Source: Alphaproteobacteria bacterium
GTDB taxonomy: Bacteria; Pseudomonadota; Alphaproteobacteria; Rs-D84
NCBI GenBank assembly: GCA_015062485.1
Contig: SUUO01000003.1
Location: forward strand, 28,026 to 92,025
Length of the DNA: 64,000 nt
Direction: 5' to 3'
The translations under genes were made by a program, and so were the position numbers. The notes under the pieces were generated by a model. The model saw only the letters and a program-made list of their open reading frames with translations. It had not been told where the DNA came from and did not search any database. Shown here piece by piece: positions 10,140-18,379 of this stretch. Position 1 is the stretch's first letter. Each line of letters starts with the position of its first letter.

Positions 10140-10316
10140 CATATGCCCCGGACATAGTGATGTGGCTTTGGCTTAGAACACCAAAACATTGAACGAAATG
10201 GCTATCACTTTATGTCCCGACCAAGCGGTCGGGATGTCGTTGCTCGCAAGACAACGAGGTCATCAATGTTTGACTGTTCTAACTCCCGACCACCACTTGC
10301 TATGGTGGTTTTTTTA
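10140..10316 (+). promoter_or_regulatory. candidate structured leader/attenuator or small RNA upstream of PAP2 gene
   Basis: TCCCGACC (10215-10222) and TCCCGACC (10284-10291) can both pair with GGTCGGGA (10227-10234). The second copy overlaps the terminator stem ACCACCA/TGGTGGT (10289-10309), which is followed by a T-run. Confidence 0.45.
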
Positions 10317-10339
10317 TTACAATCGAAAGGAAAGAAAAT

Positions 10340-10894
10340 ATGTCAAGACTTAGAACTCTTGTCGCGTTTTCTGTTTGCGGGGCATTGACTGCAAATGGCG
10401 CAATTGCGGGTGGACCTTTTTCATTTTCCAACCCAAATAAACTAAGCGATACATTTATGGTGATGACGGTGGCATACGCCCTGGGACTAAGCAGTACCGA
10501 AGATAACTTTGACGGTGCCATTGAATTAGCCACCAGTATTGCCGGTACCCAGATAGTTGCCGAAGGTATCAAGGGCCTTGAACTGGAACGCCGCCCAAAT
10601 GGTTCAGACTGGAAATCGTTCCCCAGTGGTCATTCCGCCGCCGCATTCAGCAGCGCAATGTTCGTCCACCGTCGTTACGGATGGAAACCGGCAATTATAC
10701 CATACGCAATGGCCGCGCTAACTGGTTGGGGCCGGGTACGTGCCGACGCGCACTATTGGCACGACGTCCTGGGCGGGGCGGCGGTATCTGCGCTTTTTAC
10801 ATGGATTGTTGTGGATAAATATGACGTGGCACAAAATATTACAGTTGCCGCCACCCCCAACGATATCCACGTCGGGTTCAAGACAGAATTTTAA
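10340..10894 (+). CDS. PAP2 superfamily (lipid) phosphatase, secreted/membrane
   Basis: Motifs ERRPNG, PSGHS, RVRADAHYWHD. RBS GAAAGGAAAG. Signal peptide present. Confidence 0.85.
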   Translation: MSRLRTLVAFSVCGALTANGAIAGGPFSFSNPNKLSDTFMVMTVAYALGLSSTEDNFDGAIELATSIAGTQIVAEGIKGLELERRPNGSDWKSFPSGHSAAAFSSAMFVHRRYGWKPAIIPYAMAALTGWGRVRADAHYWHDVLGGAAVSALFTWIVVDKYDVAQNITVAATPNDIHVGFKTEF

Positions 10895-11598
10895 TATTTA
10901 AAACACGCCAAGAATTCGGTATTACCACTGCCACCCTGAATAGGGGACGTGGTGATACCACACGATTTAAATCCGCATTTTTCAAACGCATTAACGACAC
11001 GCGCAATTGATTCTTCGTGCAGTTGCGACGACTTGATAACGCCATTATATTTGGCGGCGACTTCGCGCGAAACTTCAAACTGGGGCTTAATCAACGCAAT
11101 CACATATTTTGGCATCCATCGGGGCAGGGATTCCACAATATTCGTCAGCGATATAAACGACACATCAATCACAATTAAATCAACCGTCTCAGTCGGGATA
11201 ACATCGCGAATATCGGTCTGTTCCATCGATATAACACGCGGATTCGTGCGTAACTCATCCGCCAACTGATTTGTCCCAACATCCACTGCATACACGCGTT
11301 TTGCACCACGTCGCAACAAAACATCGGTAAAACCACCGGTACTGGCCCCAATATCCAGACAAAATAAACCATCCGGACTTATACCAAAATAATCCAAGGC
11401 GTGTTCCAATTTCAAACTGCCGCGACCAACAGAATAGGGCAAATCACCCCCAACAATAACGTCGCTTTCCTCGACCGATTGACTGGGCTTCTTGGCGGGC
11501 GCACCATTAACCGTCACCAATCCCGCACGAATGGCCGCCACCGCACGTGCACGCGTTGGATACAAATTCCGCCGAACTAATTCTAAATCCAATCTCAT
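10891..11598 (-). CDS. tlyA: TlyA family rRNA 2'-O-methyltransferase
   Basis: S4 domain (RLDLELVRRNL..RARAVAAIRAGLVTVNG) plus FtsJ-like domain (CLDIGASTGGFTDVLL). ORF trimmed to the ATG at 11598. Confidence 0.9.
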   Translation of the reverse strand: MRLDLELVRRNLYPTRARAVAAIRAGLVTVNGAPAKKPSQSVEESDVIVGGDLPYSVGRGSLKLEHALDYFGISPDGLFCLDIGASTGGFTDVLLRRGAKRVYAVDVGTNQLADELRTNPRVISMEQTDIRDVIPTETVDLIVIDVSFISLTNIVESLPRWMPKYVIALIKPQFEVSREVAAKYNGVIKSSQLHEESIARVVNAFEKCGFKSCGITTSPIQGGSGNTEFLACFKY

Positions 11599-11686
11599 AG
11601 ACGCACTATACCGCCACACACGCCAAAAATCAACTTGACTCTGTTCTTTTTGCACCTATACTAAGAACCCCAAAAGGATAAAATTT

Positions 11687-11938
11687 ATGAGCAAAAAAAT
11701 CACCTGTAACGGTTGCAACAAATGCTGTGCACTTGGTGCTGCACCGATAAAAAACAACTATGTACTGGATATAGAAAAGCAATACTATATCCCAACCATT
11801 AACGGCGAAATTATCACCGCCTATATCGAAAACGGCGAACAGAAAAATATCAATCTGTGCGAAACTGTCGAAAAGGCGATTGAAGCGGCCCAGCGGGTTT
11901 CTTGCTTCTGTTGTTATCATACACAAAATGTGAAATAG
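11687..11938 (+). CDS. hypothetical small Cys-containing protein
   Basis: RBS AAAGGA. 83 aa with CNGCNKCC and CFCC clusters. Followed by hairpin ACACCGCC/GGCGGTGT. Confidence 0.55.
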   Translation: MSKKITCNGCNKCCALGAAPIKNNYVLDIEKQYYIPTINGEIITAYIENGEQKNINLCETVEKAIEAAQRVSCFCCYHTQNVK

Positions 11939-11975
11939 GGGGCCCAGCCCCAAATCCACACCGCCCAACCAGGCG

Positions 11976-12297
11976 GTGTTATTATTTATTTTTATTATTG
12001 TATTTTTTCTCTATACATTTTATAATCACGGTGTCAGCGGGATTTTCCACTGATGGGGTGTCAGAACCCGTGCATAACGCGTTTGGAATCGAAATCCAGC
12101 GCGCCATTGGCGTGTTTTTTCGTGTATTTTCCAAACGATAAACAAAAAAACTCCTGAACACACATAGGTGTCAGGAGGGTTGCGAATATATTGAATAAGC
12201 ACACAATTCGTTATGATTGTTCTGAACCTCCTGACCACTCGTTTATGCGCGGTGGTTTTTGTTTTTTCGCGAAGAACAAAGAAAGGGAGTGATACAT
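11976..12297 (+). promoter_or_regulatory. leader module copy 2 (only + strand copy)
   Basis: -35 TTGTAT 11998-12003, 17-nt spacer, -10 TATAAT 12021-12026. Key 7-mers 12061-12067 (tCAGAac) and 12219-12225 (gtTCTGa). T1 hairpin GCGCC att GGCGTG + T6. Confidence 0.8.
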
Positions 12298-12759
12298 ATG
12301 AAAAAACTTTTAACTTTAACCGCGGTTGGTGCGTTACTTGCCACACCCGCGAATGCAGTCCAAAAATGCGTACAGTTGCCCACAAAAGGCTCAGAGTGTT
12401 CTTTTAGCAACAGCTCTTTCAGCATTGAAATACCCATAAGCTGCAGTGCTGCTGGGATATCTATGAAGGCTATAGCGTTGTGTGCTTCTGCTTATGCTGA
12501 CAAAGGAGGTACGGTATCAGCAGGCTTAGTCGCAAACACAATAGATGGGGAAACTATGTCTTATGGTCCCTACTATTGTTGGTGCAAACTTGTTCAGCCG
12601 GTTGAATCAAAGTGGGTATTGGCTTCTAGTACAAGCGACGACGATTTCAGTTCCTGTTCTTATTCATGCTCCCAAAAATGCGCCAAAGCGATGCGGGCCC
12701 CTAAAGATGTTGAACTTAATATCTGGCCAATAATGCTGGAAAATTTATTAGTTGATTAA
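12298..12759 (+). CDS. secreted Cys-rich L-family protein
   Basis: MKKLLTLTAVGALLATPANA signal peptide. YYCWCKLVQPVESKWVL ... SSCSYSCSQKC. 9 Cys in the mature part. Confidence 0.9.
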   Translation: MKKLLTLTAVGALLATPANAVQKCVQLPTKGSECSFSNSSFSIEIPISCSAAGISMKAIALCASAYADKGGTVSAGLVANTIDGETMSYGPYYCWCKLVQPVESKWVLASSTSDDDFSSCSYSCSQKCAKAMRAPKDVELNIWPIMLENLLVD

Positions 12760-12769
12760 GGTGGCGGAT

Positions 12770-13042
12770 ATGAAACGAATTATATTTTTATTGGTGTGTA
12801 TGCCAGGGTTGGCGCACGCCGCCGCCCCCAGTACCACCTGTCCATCTGGATACATCGCTATAAACGAACCTGCCATTACAATTGCAACCACGTGCCCCAG
12901 TGGCACAACCGCCATTGGCACGGCGGAATCGTGTTTGGAGTCCAGCCCATCTGGGGATTGTATAATGTACGCGCCGGCGGGCGTCAGTTACACCGACAGT
13001 CCCGGCACATATGAATTTACCGAACCGTGTGCGATGCAGTAA
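12770..13042 (+). CDS. secreted Cys-rich S-family protein
   Basis: RBS AAGGTGG. Signal peptide, then AAAPSTTCPSGYIAI ... CIMYAPAGVSYTDSPGTYEFTEPC. 5 Cys in the mature part. Confidence 0.9.
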   Translation: MKRIIFLLVCMPGLAHAAAPSTTCPSGYIAINEPAITIATTCPSGTTAIGTAESCLESSPSGDCIMYAPAGVSYTDSPGTYEFTEPCAMQ

Positions 13043-13067
13043 AAAAACGCCCAATGGGCGTTTTTTT
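13041..13067 (+). terminator. intrinsic terminator
   Basis: A7-CGCCC aat GGGCG-T7. Confidence 0.85.
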
Positions 13068-13834
13068 AATCAGGCAGGAACAGGGCCTATCCCCCCCCTG
13101 AATACAGTATTCTTGTCACATATCTCATTTCTCACAAAAATCCCCCAACCCGGGGGATTTTTTGCAATTTTTACCGCCCCACCGACCGTTTTTCGCCCGC
13201 AAACCCGCAGAAATCCGCCATTTTTTGCATTTTTAGCACCAGAATAGGGGACAAAACCCCAATTTTCGGCCATTTTTGACATTTTCACCATACAAATCCA
13301 CCCACATCCGAATATCAAGAAAAACACAAACCCAGATACAAAAACAGCACTAAAAAAGTACACTTTATAAAAAACACTTAAATTTATTTATAAATCTATA
13401 AACAAAATGATATTTTTATTATTTAATAAATAATTTTAATTTTTTCCGCAACAAAACCGCGCGGCGCACCACAGACAAAAAACAGATCGATTTTCACCGC
13501 ACCGGGCACAGAATTATACGCCATAAAATTTTCATCGCCACCAGAATCAAACAACATAACGCCAGGGCCACACAAACACACCAATCGCGCCACAGGGCGC
13601 AGAATTCCGCCAATCACACAATTATACGTTCATCGCGCTGAAAATCGATTAAGACATACCACCGACACACACCAAGCGGAATAACACCCGCCATAATCAC
13701 AATCATCGGCCCCAGGACAGATATAAATCAGCATAATTATCGGATATTACGCATACACACGCACATTTCCGCTATTCTTCTATACTAAACTATACATAAT
13801 ATAAATTATGCGCCTTTTATATATCTCTGTTCCC

Positions 13835-14008
13835 CTATGATTTTCTGGGCTTCTTTACCCTATTATTTTCAGCACTCAACAAATCTTTTATCTCTTGCAA
13901 ATTTCTGTTAACGGCACGCAATTCAAACGGCATCATCAGCCACGCTATGACAAAGCACACCACCAACACCAGAAACAACAGATACAATATCCCCCAAATC
14001 AAAAACAT
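13835..14008 (-). CDS. small membrane protein (57 aa)
   Basis: Strong RBS AAGGAG 6 nt before the ATG at 14008. One TM (FLIWGILYLLFLVLVVCFVIAWL) and a basic tail. ORF 13835..14155 trimmed. Confidence 0.5.
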   Translation of the reverse strand: MFLIWGILYLLFLVLVVCFVIAWLMMPFELRAVNRNLQEIKDLLSAENNRVKKPRKS

Positions 14009-14158
14009 ACCCCACTCCTTTTTATACAATCCTATTATATCATATTTACCAGCACCAGTCCACCCACCCTGCAAAACTATACATAATTCATAACAAACCC
14101 ACAAAAAAAAGCGGGGCCACAACGCCCCGCCAACAAACCTAAACCATTTTATCACAAA

Positions 14159-14722
14159 TTATTTCTTAGCCTTTGTAATCTTTTTGATTTTTTTGATTTG
14201 GCTGACCGCTAATTTTTTTACATTTTTCAGACTTTTTTCCAAATCACTGTCCTCGGCGGCCGCCGTTTCAACCGGTTCTACATCCGAACAACAGAACGGA
14301 CATTTTGTTGCCGCGTTGCTAATATTCGACTTACAGTATGGACACGCGTGTGTTGTCACCGGCGCCTTGGCACGCGCCTTATTCACCGTACGCACAAACA
14401 AGAATATTGCAAACATAGTAATAAGGAAACTAACAATCGAATTCAAGAACAATCCCAAATTCAACGTTGTTGCGCCCGCCGCCTGGGCCGCCGCAATCGT
14501 TTCATAGTGCGCACCCGCTTCGCCACCACCCAAGACAAAGAACCACTGTGAAAAATCAACACCACCAATCAACAACCCAATCGGTGGCATCAAGACATCT
14601 TTTACCAATGAATTTACAACACTGGTCATAACACTACCGACAATGATACCAACCGCCATATCGATTGCATTGCCACGATGAATAAAAGAACCAAATTCTT
14701 TAACAAGTTTCTTTACTGCCAT
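14159..14722 (-). CDS. mscL: large-conductance mechanosensitive channel with C-terminal CxxC..CxxC extension
   Basis: FIHRGNAIDMAVGIIVG..MPPIG MscL core, followed by ACPYCKSNISNAATKCPFCC and a Lys-rich tail. Terminator at 14103-14138. Confidence 0.9.
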   Translation of the reverse strand: MAVKKLVKEFGSFIHRGNAIDMAVGIIVGSVMTSVVNSLVKDVLMPPIGLLIGGVDFSQWFFVLGGGEAGAHYETIAAAQAAGATTLNLGLFLNSIVSFLITMFAIFLFVRTVNKARAKAPVTTHACPYCKSNISNAATKCPFCCSDVEPVETAAAEDSDLEKSLKNVKKLAVSQIKKIKKITKAKK

Positions 14723-15278
14723 TTTTCTTTCCTTTTGTTATATGTTGTTTTATTGCACAAATCACCTTGTCCAGGGTTTTGCGCAAATTCTCGTCACGGG
14801 TTTCGACCGTAATATCAGCACACGCATACGTCTGATATCGTTCATCGATTAATTGCCCCAAAATTTTACGACTGTCTGCGTGTAATAATTGTGGACGCGT
14901 ATTTCGCGAATTTGTTCTTTTTACAAGCAGTTCCAGGTCAGCCTTCAACCAAATTGTCAACGCATTTTTAAGCAATATTTCACGTACCGCGGGCGTTATA
15001 AAAGCGCCCTCGCCGGTGGATAAAACCTTGACCCGCGGGTCCGTATCCAACAGGCGTTCGATAACACGTTGTTCAACACGACGAAATTCGGCCTCGCCAT
15101 ACATAGAGAAGATATCAACCACACTGCACCCGGCGGCGGCCTCTATTTCTTTGTCCGAATCCACGAACACAACCCCCAGGCGTCGCGCCAACGCACGCCC
15201 AACACTGGTCTTGCCCGCCCCCATTAGGCCAACCATAACAATCGGCCGATCCAACAATTTTACTAAATCTTTATCCAT
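14700..15278 (-). CDS. aroK: shikimate kinase
   Basis: Walker A GLMGAGKTSVGR, DSD motif, and a length typical of AroK. Confidence 0.9.
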   Translation of the reverse strand: MDKDLVKLLDRPIVMVGLMGAGKTSVGRALARRLGVVFVDSDKEIEAAAGCSVVDIFSMYGEAEFRRVEQRVIERLLDTDPRVKVLSTGEGAFITPAVREILLKNALTIWLKADLELLVKRTNSRNTRPQLLHADSRKILGQLIDERYQTYACADITVETRDENLRKTLDKVICAIKQHITKGKKNGSKETC

Positions 15279-15397
15279 AACACGCTTATTTTAGCAAAAA
15301 AAGCCACACACACAATAAAAAATCTTTTTATGTTTTTATTCCGACAAAAAATATGGTATAATTCCCACATAAGTACTTATTAAACGAGAGAATAAAA

Positions 15398-16480
15398 ATG
15401 AAACCATCATATCTTTTAATTGCCGGCTTGTTGGCCACGGTCACATACGGCGCAAACGCATCTCATTTTTATGCAAATGGCATTTCTATGAACAATATTG
15501 CCACAATCCAGGATTCGATTCTGCACACCGCAATGCACACATTTGATCGTGTTCCGGCGGCAAATCTGGGCGACAAAAAAACAATGATGCCCCCCACCCC
15601 TGAAAAAAGCATAAATGAATTATATGGTCATTTCCCGATGTACGGCACAATGTCCATATACGGCGAATACGAAGAATATGAATTCGCCGGGCGCAGTGGT
15701 GGTGACGGCAAAACCCCACTGTTAAAAAACTTGCAATTCACGTGGCAACATTACAGCGACGATGTAAAACTGGATAATTTTGGCCGTGCCGATTCCAGAT
15801 ACGATTTAGCGATGACCGGCATCACCGGCGGTCGCACGGAATTTTTCGACGTAATAACCGGCTGGGCGGCATACGCGGGCTTTATCGACGGCAAACAATC
15901 GACCAGCGCCCTGCAAATCGATCAGCACGGTGGATACGCCGGGATATTTAGTCGTTTTAATTTAAAGCACTTTAATTTATCCGCAACAATCAATGGCGGT
16001 GTTTTAACAAACGATGCGGATTTCGCACTGGGGTCTGATAATTATACAAATATGTGGGCCGGCGCGGCGGCGAACGCATCAATTAACATAATATTGGATG
16101 ATACATTCTCGCTGCAACCGGGGGTCCAGGTTGGATACACCTGGATTGAATCAGACAGTTATGCTTCCGCCACCGGCGACGACGTTTCTAATTCCGACCT
16201 GGGCGTGTTTGAGGTTGCACCCGCCCTGCATGCGATTAAGCATATCGGCAGTGGTTGGTTCGGAACCGCACACGTACGCTATGTCGCAATGATGACGGAC
16301 GGCGGCGATTTATCGGTAAACGCAACTGATTTCGCCACATTGGAATCTGACAATTTTACAGAATATGGCCTGTCACTGGAAAAGACGGTGGGACGCTTGA
16401 ATCTGTCGGGTACACTGGTTCGTCGTGACGGTGGTCGTGACGGCTGGGGTGGCGGTTTGAATGTAAAGTATATATTCTAA
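15398..16480 (+). CDS. outer-membrane beta-barrel protein, autotransporter beta-domain-like
   Basis: Signal peptide. Alternating beta-strand pattern. C-terminal ...GGGLNVKYIF with terminal aromatic residue. Confidence 0.75.
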   Translation: MKPSYLLIAGLLATVTYGANASHFYANGISMNNIATIQDSILHTAMHTFDRVPAANLGDKKTMMPPTPEKSINELYGHFPMYGTMSIYGEYEEYEFAGRSGGDGKTPLLKNLQFTWQHYSDDVKLDNFGRADSRYDLAMTGITGGRTEFFDVITGWAAYAGFIDGKQSTSALQIDQHGGYAGIFSRFNLKHFNLSATINGGVLTNDADFALGSDNYTNMWAGAAANASINIILDDTFSLQPGVQVGYTWIESDSYASATGDDVSNSDLGVFEVAPALHAIKHIGSGWFGTAHVRYVAMMTDGGDLSVNATDFATLESDNFTEYGLSLEKTVGRLNLSGTLVRRDGGRDGWGGGLNVKYIF

Positions 16481-16506
16481 AAAAACGCCCGATTGGGCGT
16501 TTTTTT
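16479..16506. terminator. bidirectional intrinsic terminator
   Basis: A-run-CGCCC gatt GGGCG-T-run between convergent genes. Confidence 0.85.
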
Positions 16507-17242
16507 AATCCAACTTAAAACAGCCTGAACGCAACTCCCTGGCACGACGGCGCAGTTTTCGAAAAATCCGTGTATTGCGCGCCATTTTAAATGCCATTGT
16601 CATCGGGGTTATTGGCTGACTAATCCTGGTATACATACTGGCTTTGCGAATACGCTGTAATGAATCCAGATATGAATCTATAAAATCATACGGTTTGTTG
16701 TGCCGCAATATATAACGACATTGACGCATTATCACACGATAACGCCGATATGCCGCAACACGGATTTGTCGCAATTGATTATCCGGAATTCGCACCGGCG
16801 TCACAATCCACACGTCACGCAACAAAGAATAATGCGAACCATACATACAATCCTTGTGCAGGGGATTACACACATCACGACAATCAACCAGTTTTATATC
16901 AACCCCGCGACCAAATATTGATATATTAAACATACGCATCCACGCCCATTTTAATGCACGCAAAATTGTCCCTTCGTCCCCCGGCATTGTTGCGCGCAAA
17001 CGTGACAAATCCGCCACAATACAGACATCAACATCACTGAATTTATCCCAGTAATAATTTGTTATTGATCCGTGGATAAAAATATCCACAACATCAGATT
17101 TATCAATCGGCAATTTTGCAACCACCGACAAATATCGCACAAATTCCCAAACCGCCATTTGCAACGTCTGGTTAACCAACGGATTTAAATGCACGCGCGA
17201 TTCCCACACCCGCGGCACCAGGGCCCTGTGATACACGAACAT
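16505..17242 (-). CDS. Pol-beta-superfamily nucleotidyltransferase-like protein (paralog 1)
   Basis: IHGSITNYYWDKFSDVDVCIVAD fits the hG[GS]-x(9-13)-DhD NTase signature. About half of residues are identical to 44340..45074. ATG 17242 sits 10 nt after the S-gene stop with a GGGGG RBS. ORF 16505..17515 trimmed. Confidence 0.7.
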   Translation of the reverse strand: MFVYHRALVPRVWESRVHLNPLVNQTLQMAVWEFVRYLSVVAKLPIDKSDVVDIFIHGSITNYYWDKFSDVDVCIVADLSRLRATMPGDEGTILRALKWAWMRMFNISIFGRGVDIKLVDCRDVCNPLHKDCMYGSHYSLLRDVWIVTPVRIPDNQLRQIRVAAYRRYRVIMRQCRYILRHNKPYDFIDSYLDSLQRIRKASMYTRISQPITPMTMAFKMARNTRIFRKLRRRARELRSGCFKLD

Positions 17243-17252
17243 ATTTTGCCCC

Positions 17253-17576
17253 CTATGACGAAGATTCTTCCATTTCACAGGCCTCGGTAAATTCGTACGT
17301 GCCAGACGCATCCGTATAAGATACGCCCGCCGGCGCATACATAAAACAATTTCCCGCAGGATTCGCCACCAGGCACGACGAAACCGTCCCCGCACTAACA
17401 TACCCCGACGGACACGACGTATTTGCCAGGATAACATCCGGCTTGCTGATTGTGATATACCCGGTGGGACATTCCGTTGCCGGCGCGGCGGCATCAGTAT
17501 TATAAATCGGCACAAAATACGACATTATAAATAATAACGTCACCCGCCAATCCGCAAAAAATATTGATTTTTTCAT
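17253..17576 (-). CDS. secreted Cys-rich S-family protein
   Basis: AAAPATECPTGYITI ... CFMYAPAGVSYTDASGTYEFTEAC. 5 Cys in the mature part. Confidence 0.85.
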   Translation of the reverse strand: MKKSIFFADWRVTLLFIMSYFVPIYNTDAAAPATECPTGYITISKPDVILANTSCPSGYVSAGTVSSCLVANPAGNCFMYAPAGVSYTDASGTYEFTEACEMEESSS

Positions 17577-17598
17577 TGTTTGCTCTTTTTTATTGTAA

Positions 17599-18045
17599 TT
17601 AAATTGCATCAACTAAAATTTCATCCATCAAACTCTCCATTTCTAAACCACTAGCACAGCGTTGAGCGCAATATTTTGCACAGCTTAATGAATCGGTAAA
17701 TGTGTGATTTAGCATCCATTTTGATAAAAATGGCGTTAATACACGACACCAACATGCGGTTAAATTCACGCTTGTTGCATCAGCGCTAACAACAAACAAT
17801 TCTTCATCAGAAAGAACATCGAATCGTCCATACCCCTGGTCTTGGGCGCAAACTCCAATGCCTTTTACGGAGATTTCATTGGAGGTATCATAATTACACG
17901 TCGCTCTCCAACCTATTATTGAGTTTTCTCCACCCATACCAGAGCGACATTCAGTGCCAGCCGCCAATCCCACGCATTGCACCACCGCCATTGCGGGGAC
18001 GGTCAAAATTGCACCAACCGCGGTTAAAGTTAAAATTTTTTTCAT
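17599..18045 (-). CDS. secreted Cys-rich L-family protein
   Basis: RBS AAGGAG. MKKILTLTAVGAILTVPAMA signal peptide. ACWCRVLTPFLSKWML ... LSCAKYCAQRC. 9 Cys. ORF 17599..18162 trimmed. Confidence 0.9.
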   Translation of the reverse strand: MKKILTLTAVGAILTVPAMAVVQCVGLAAGTECRSGMGGENSIIGWRATCNYDTSNEISVKGIGVCAQDQGYGRFDVLSDEELFVVSADATSVNLTACWCRVLTPFLSKWMLNHTFTDSLSCAKYCAQRCASGLEMESLMDEILVDAI

Positions 18046-18379
18046 TGTCTTATCTCCTTTCTGCTTTAAAAAAAAACAAAACCACACGTAAAACGGGTGG
18101 TCAGGAGGTTCGAAACAATTATAAGGAATTGTGTGCTTATTTTGTGCGGACACACCGCCCATTATTCACAACCCTCCTGACCTTTTATAGCCAGGAGACA
18201 TTTCATCCAGGACCACAAACGAAAAAACACGCCATATGGCGCGCCCGGTTCGGATATTTCGTTTTGTTCCAGACGCCTTATATCGGGTTTCGACACCCCA
18301 TCACGACCATCGATCGTAACAAGCAAATTATAACCAAATATTTCATCCAACGCAAATACTTAGATAAATAAAAGTTTAT
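18046..18379 (-). promoter_or_regulatory. leader module copy 3
   Basis: Read on - strand: -35 TTGCGT (18350-18355), 17-nt spacer, -10 TATAAT (18327-18332). A/T motif 18362-18379. Key 7-mers 18110-18116 (tCGAAac) and 18287-18293 (gtTTCGa). Confidence 0.8.

Noticed and set aside
10140-10316. Housekeeping RNA (tmRNA, SRP/4.5S RNA, RNase P RNA, 6S) between leuS and the PAP2 gene, and likewise for 34306..34557.
   Set aside because: No T-arm/CCA end or tag reading frame, no SRP domain IV motif, and no RNase P GGAAAGTCCGG-type core was visible. 6S cannot be excluded without a covariance-model search, so these regions are reported only as candidate structured RNAs.
12053-12157. Possible upstream ORF in the leaders starting at the conserved ATGGGGTGT (MGC.NPC...).
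   Set aside because: No SD precedes it, because it directly follows a hairpin. Its length and C-terminus differ between copies. In copy 3 it stops after 7 codons. Codon 4 is the covarying tetranucleotide (G/Q/S/R). RNA structure explains the conservation better.
13070-13617. ORFs 13070..13363, 13011..13247 and 13423..13617 in the 0.8-kb gap.
   Set aside because: They span terminator hairpins and T-tract DNA, lack RBSs, and give low-complexity translations. They were not accepted as genes.
13043-13834. Chromosomal replication origin in the A+T-rich gap.
   Set aside because: I could not find a cluster of DnaA-box-like 9-mers (TTATCCACA and variants). None of the usual origin-linked genes is nearby.
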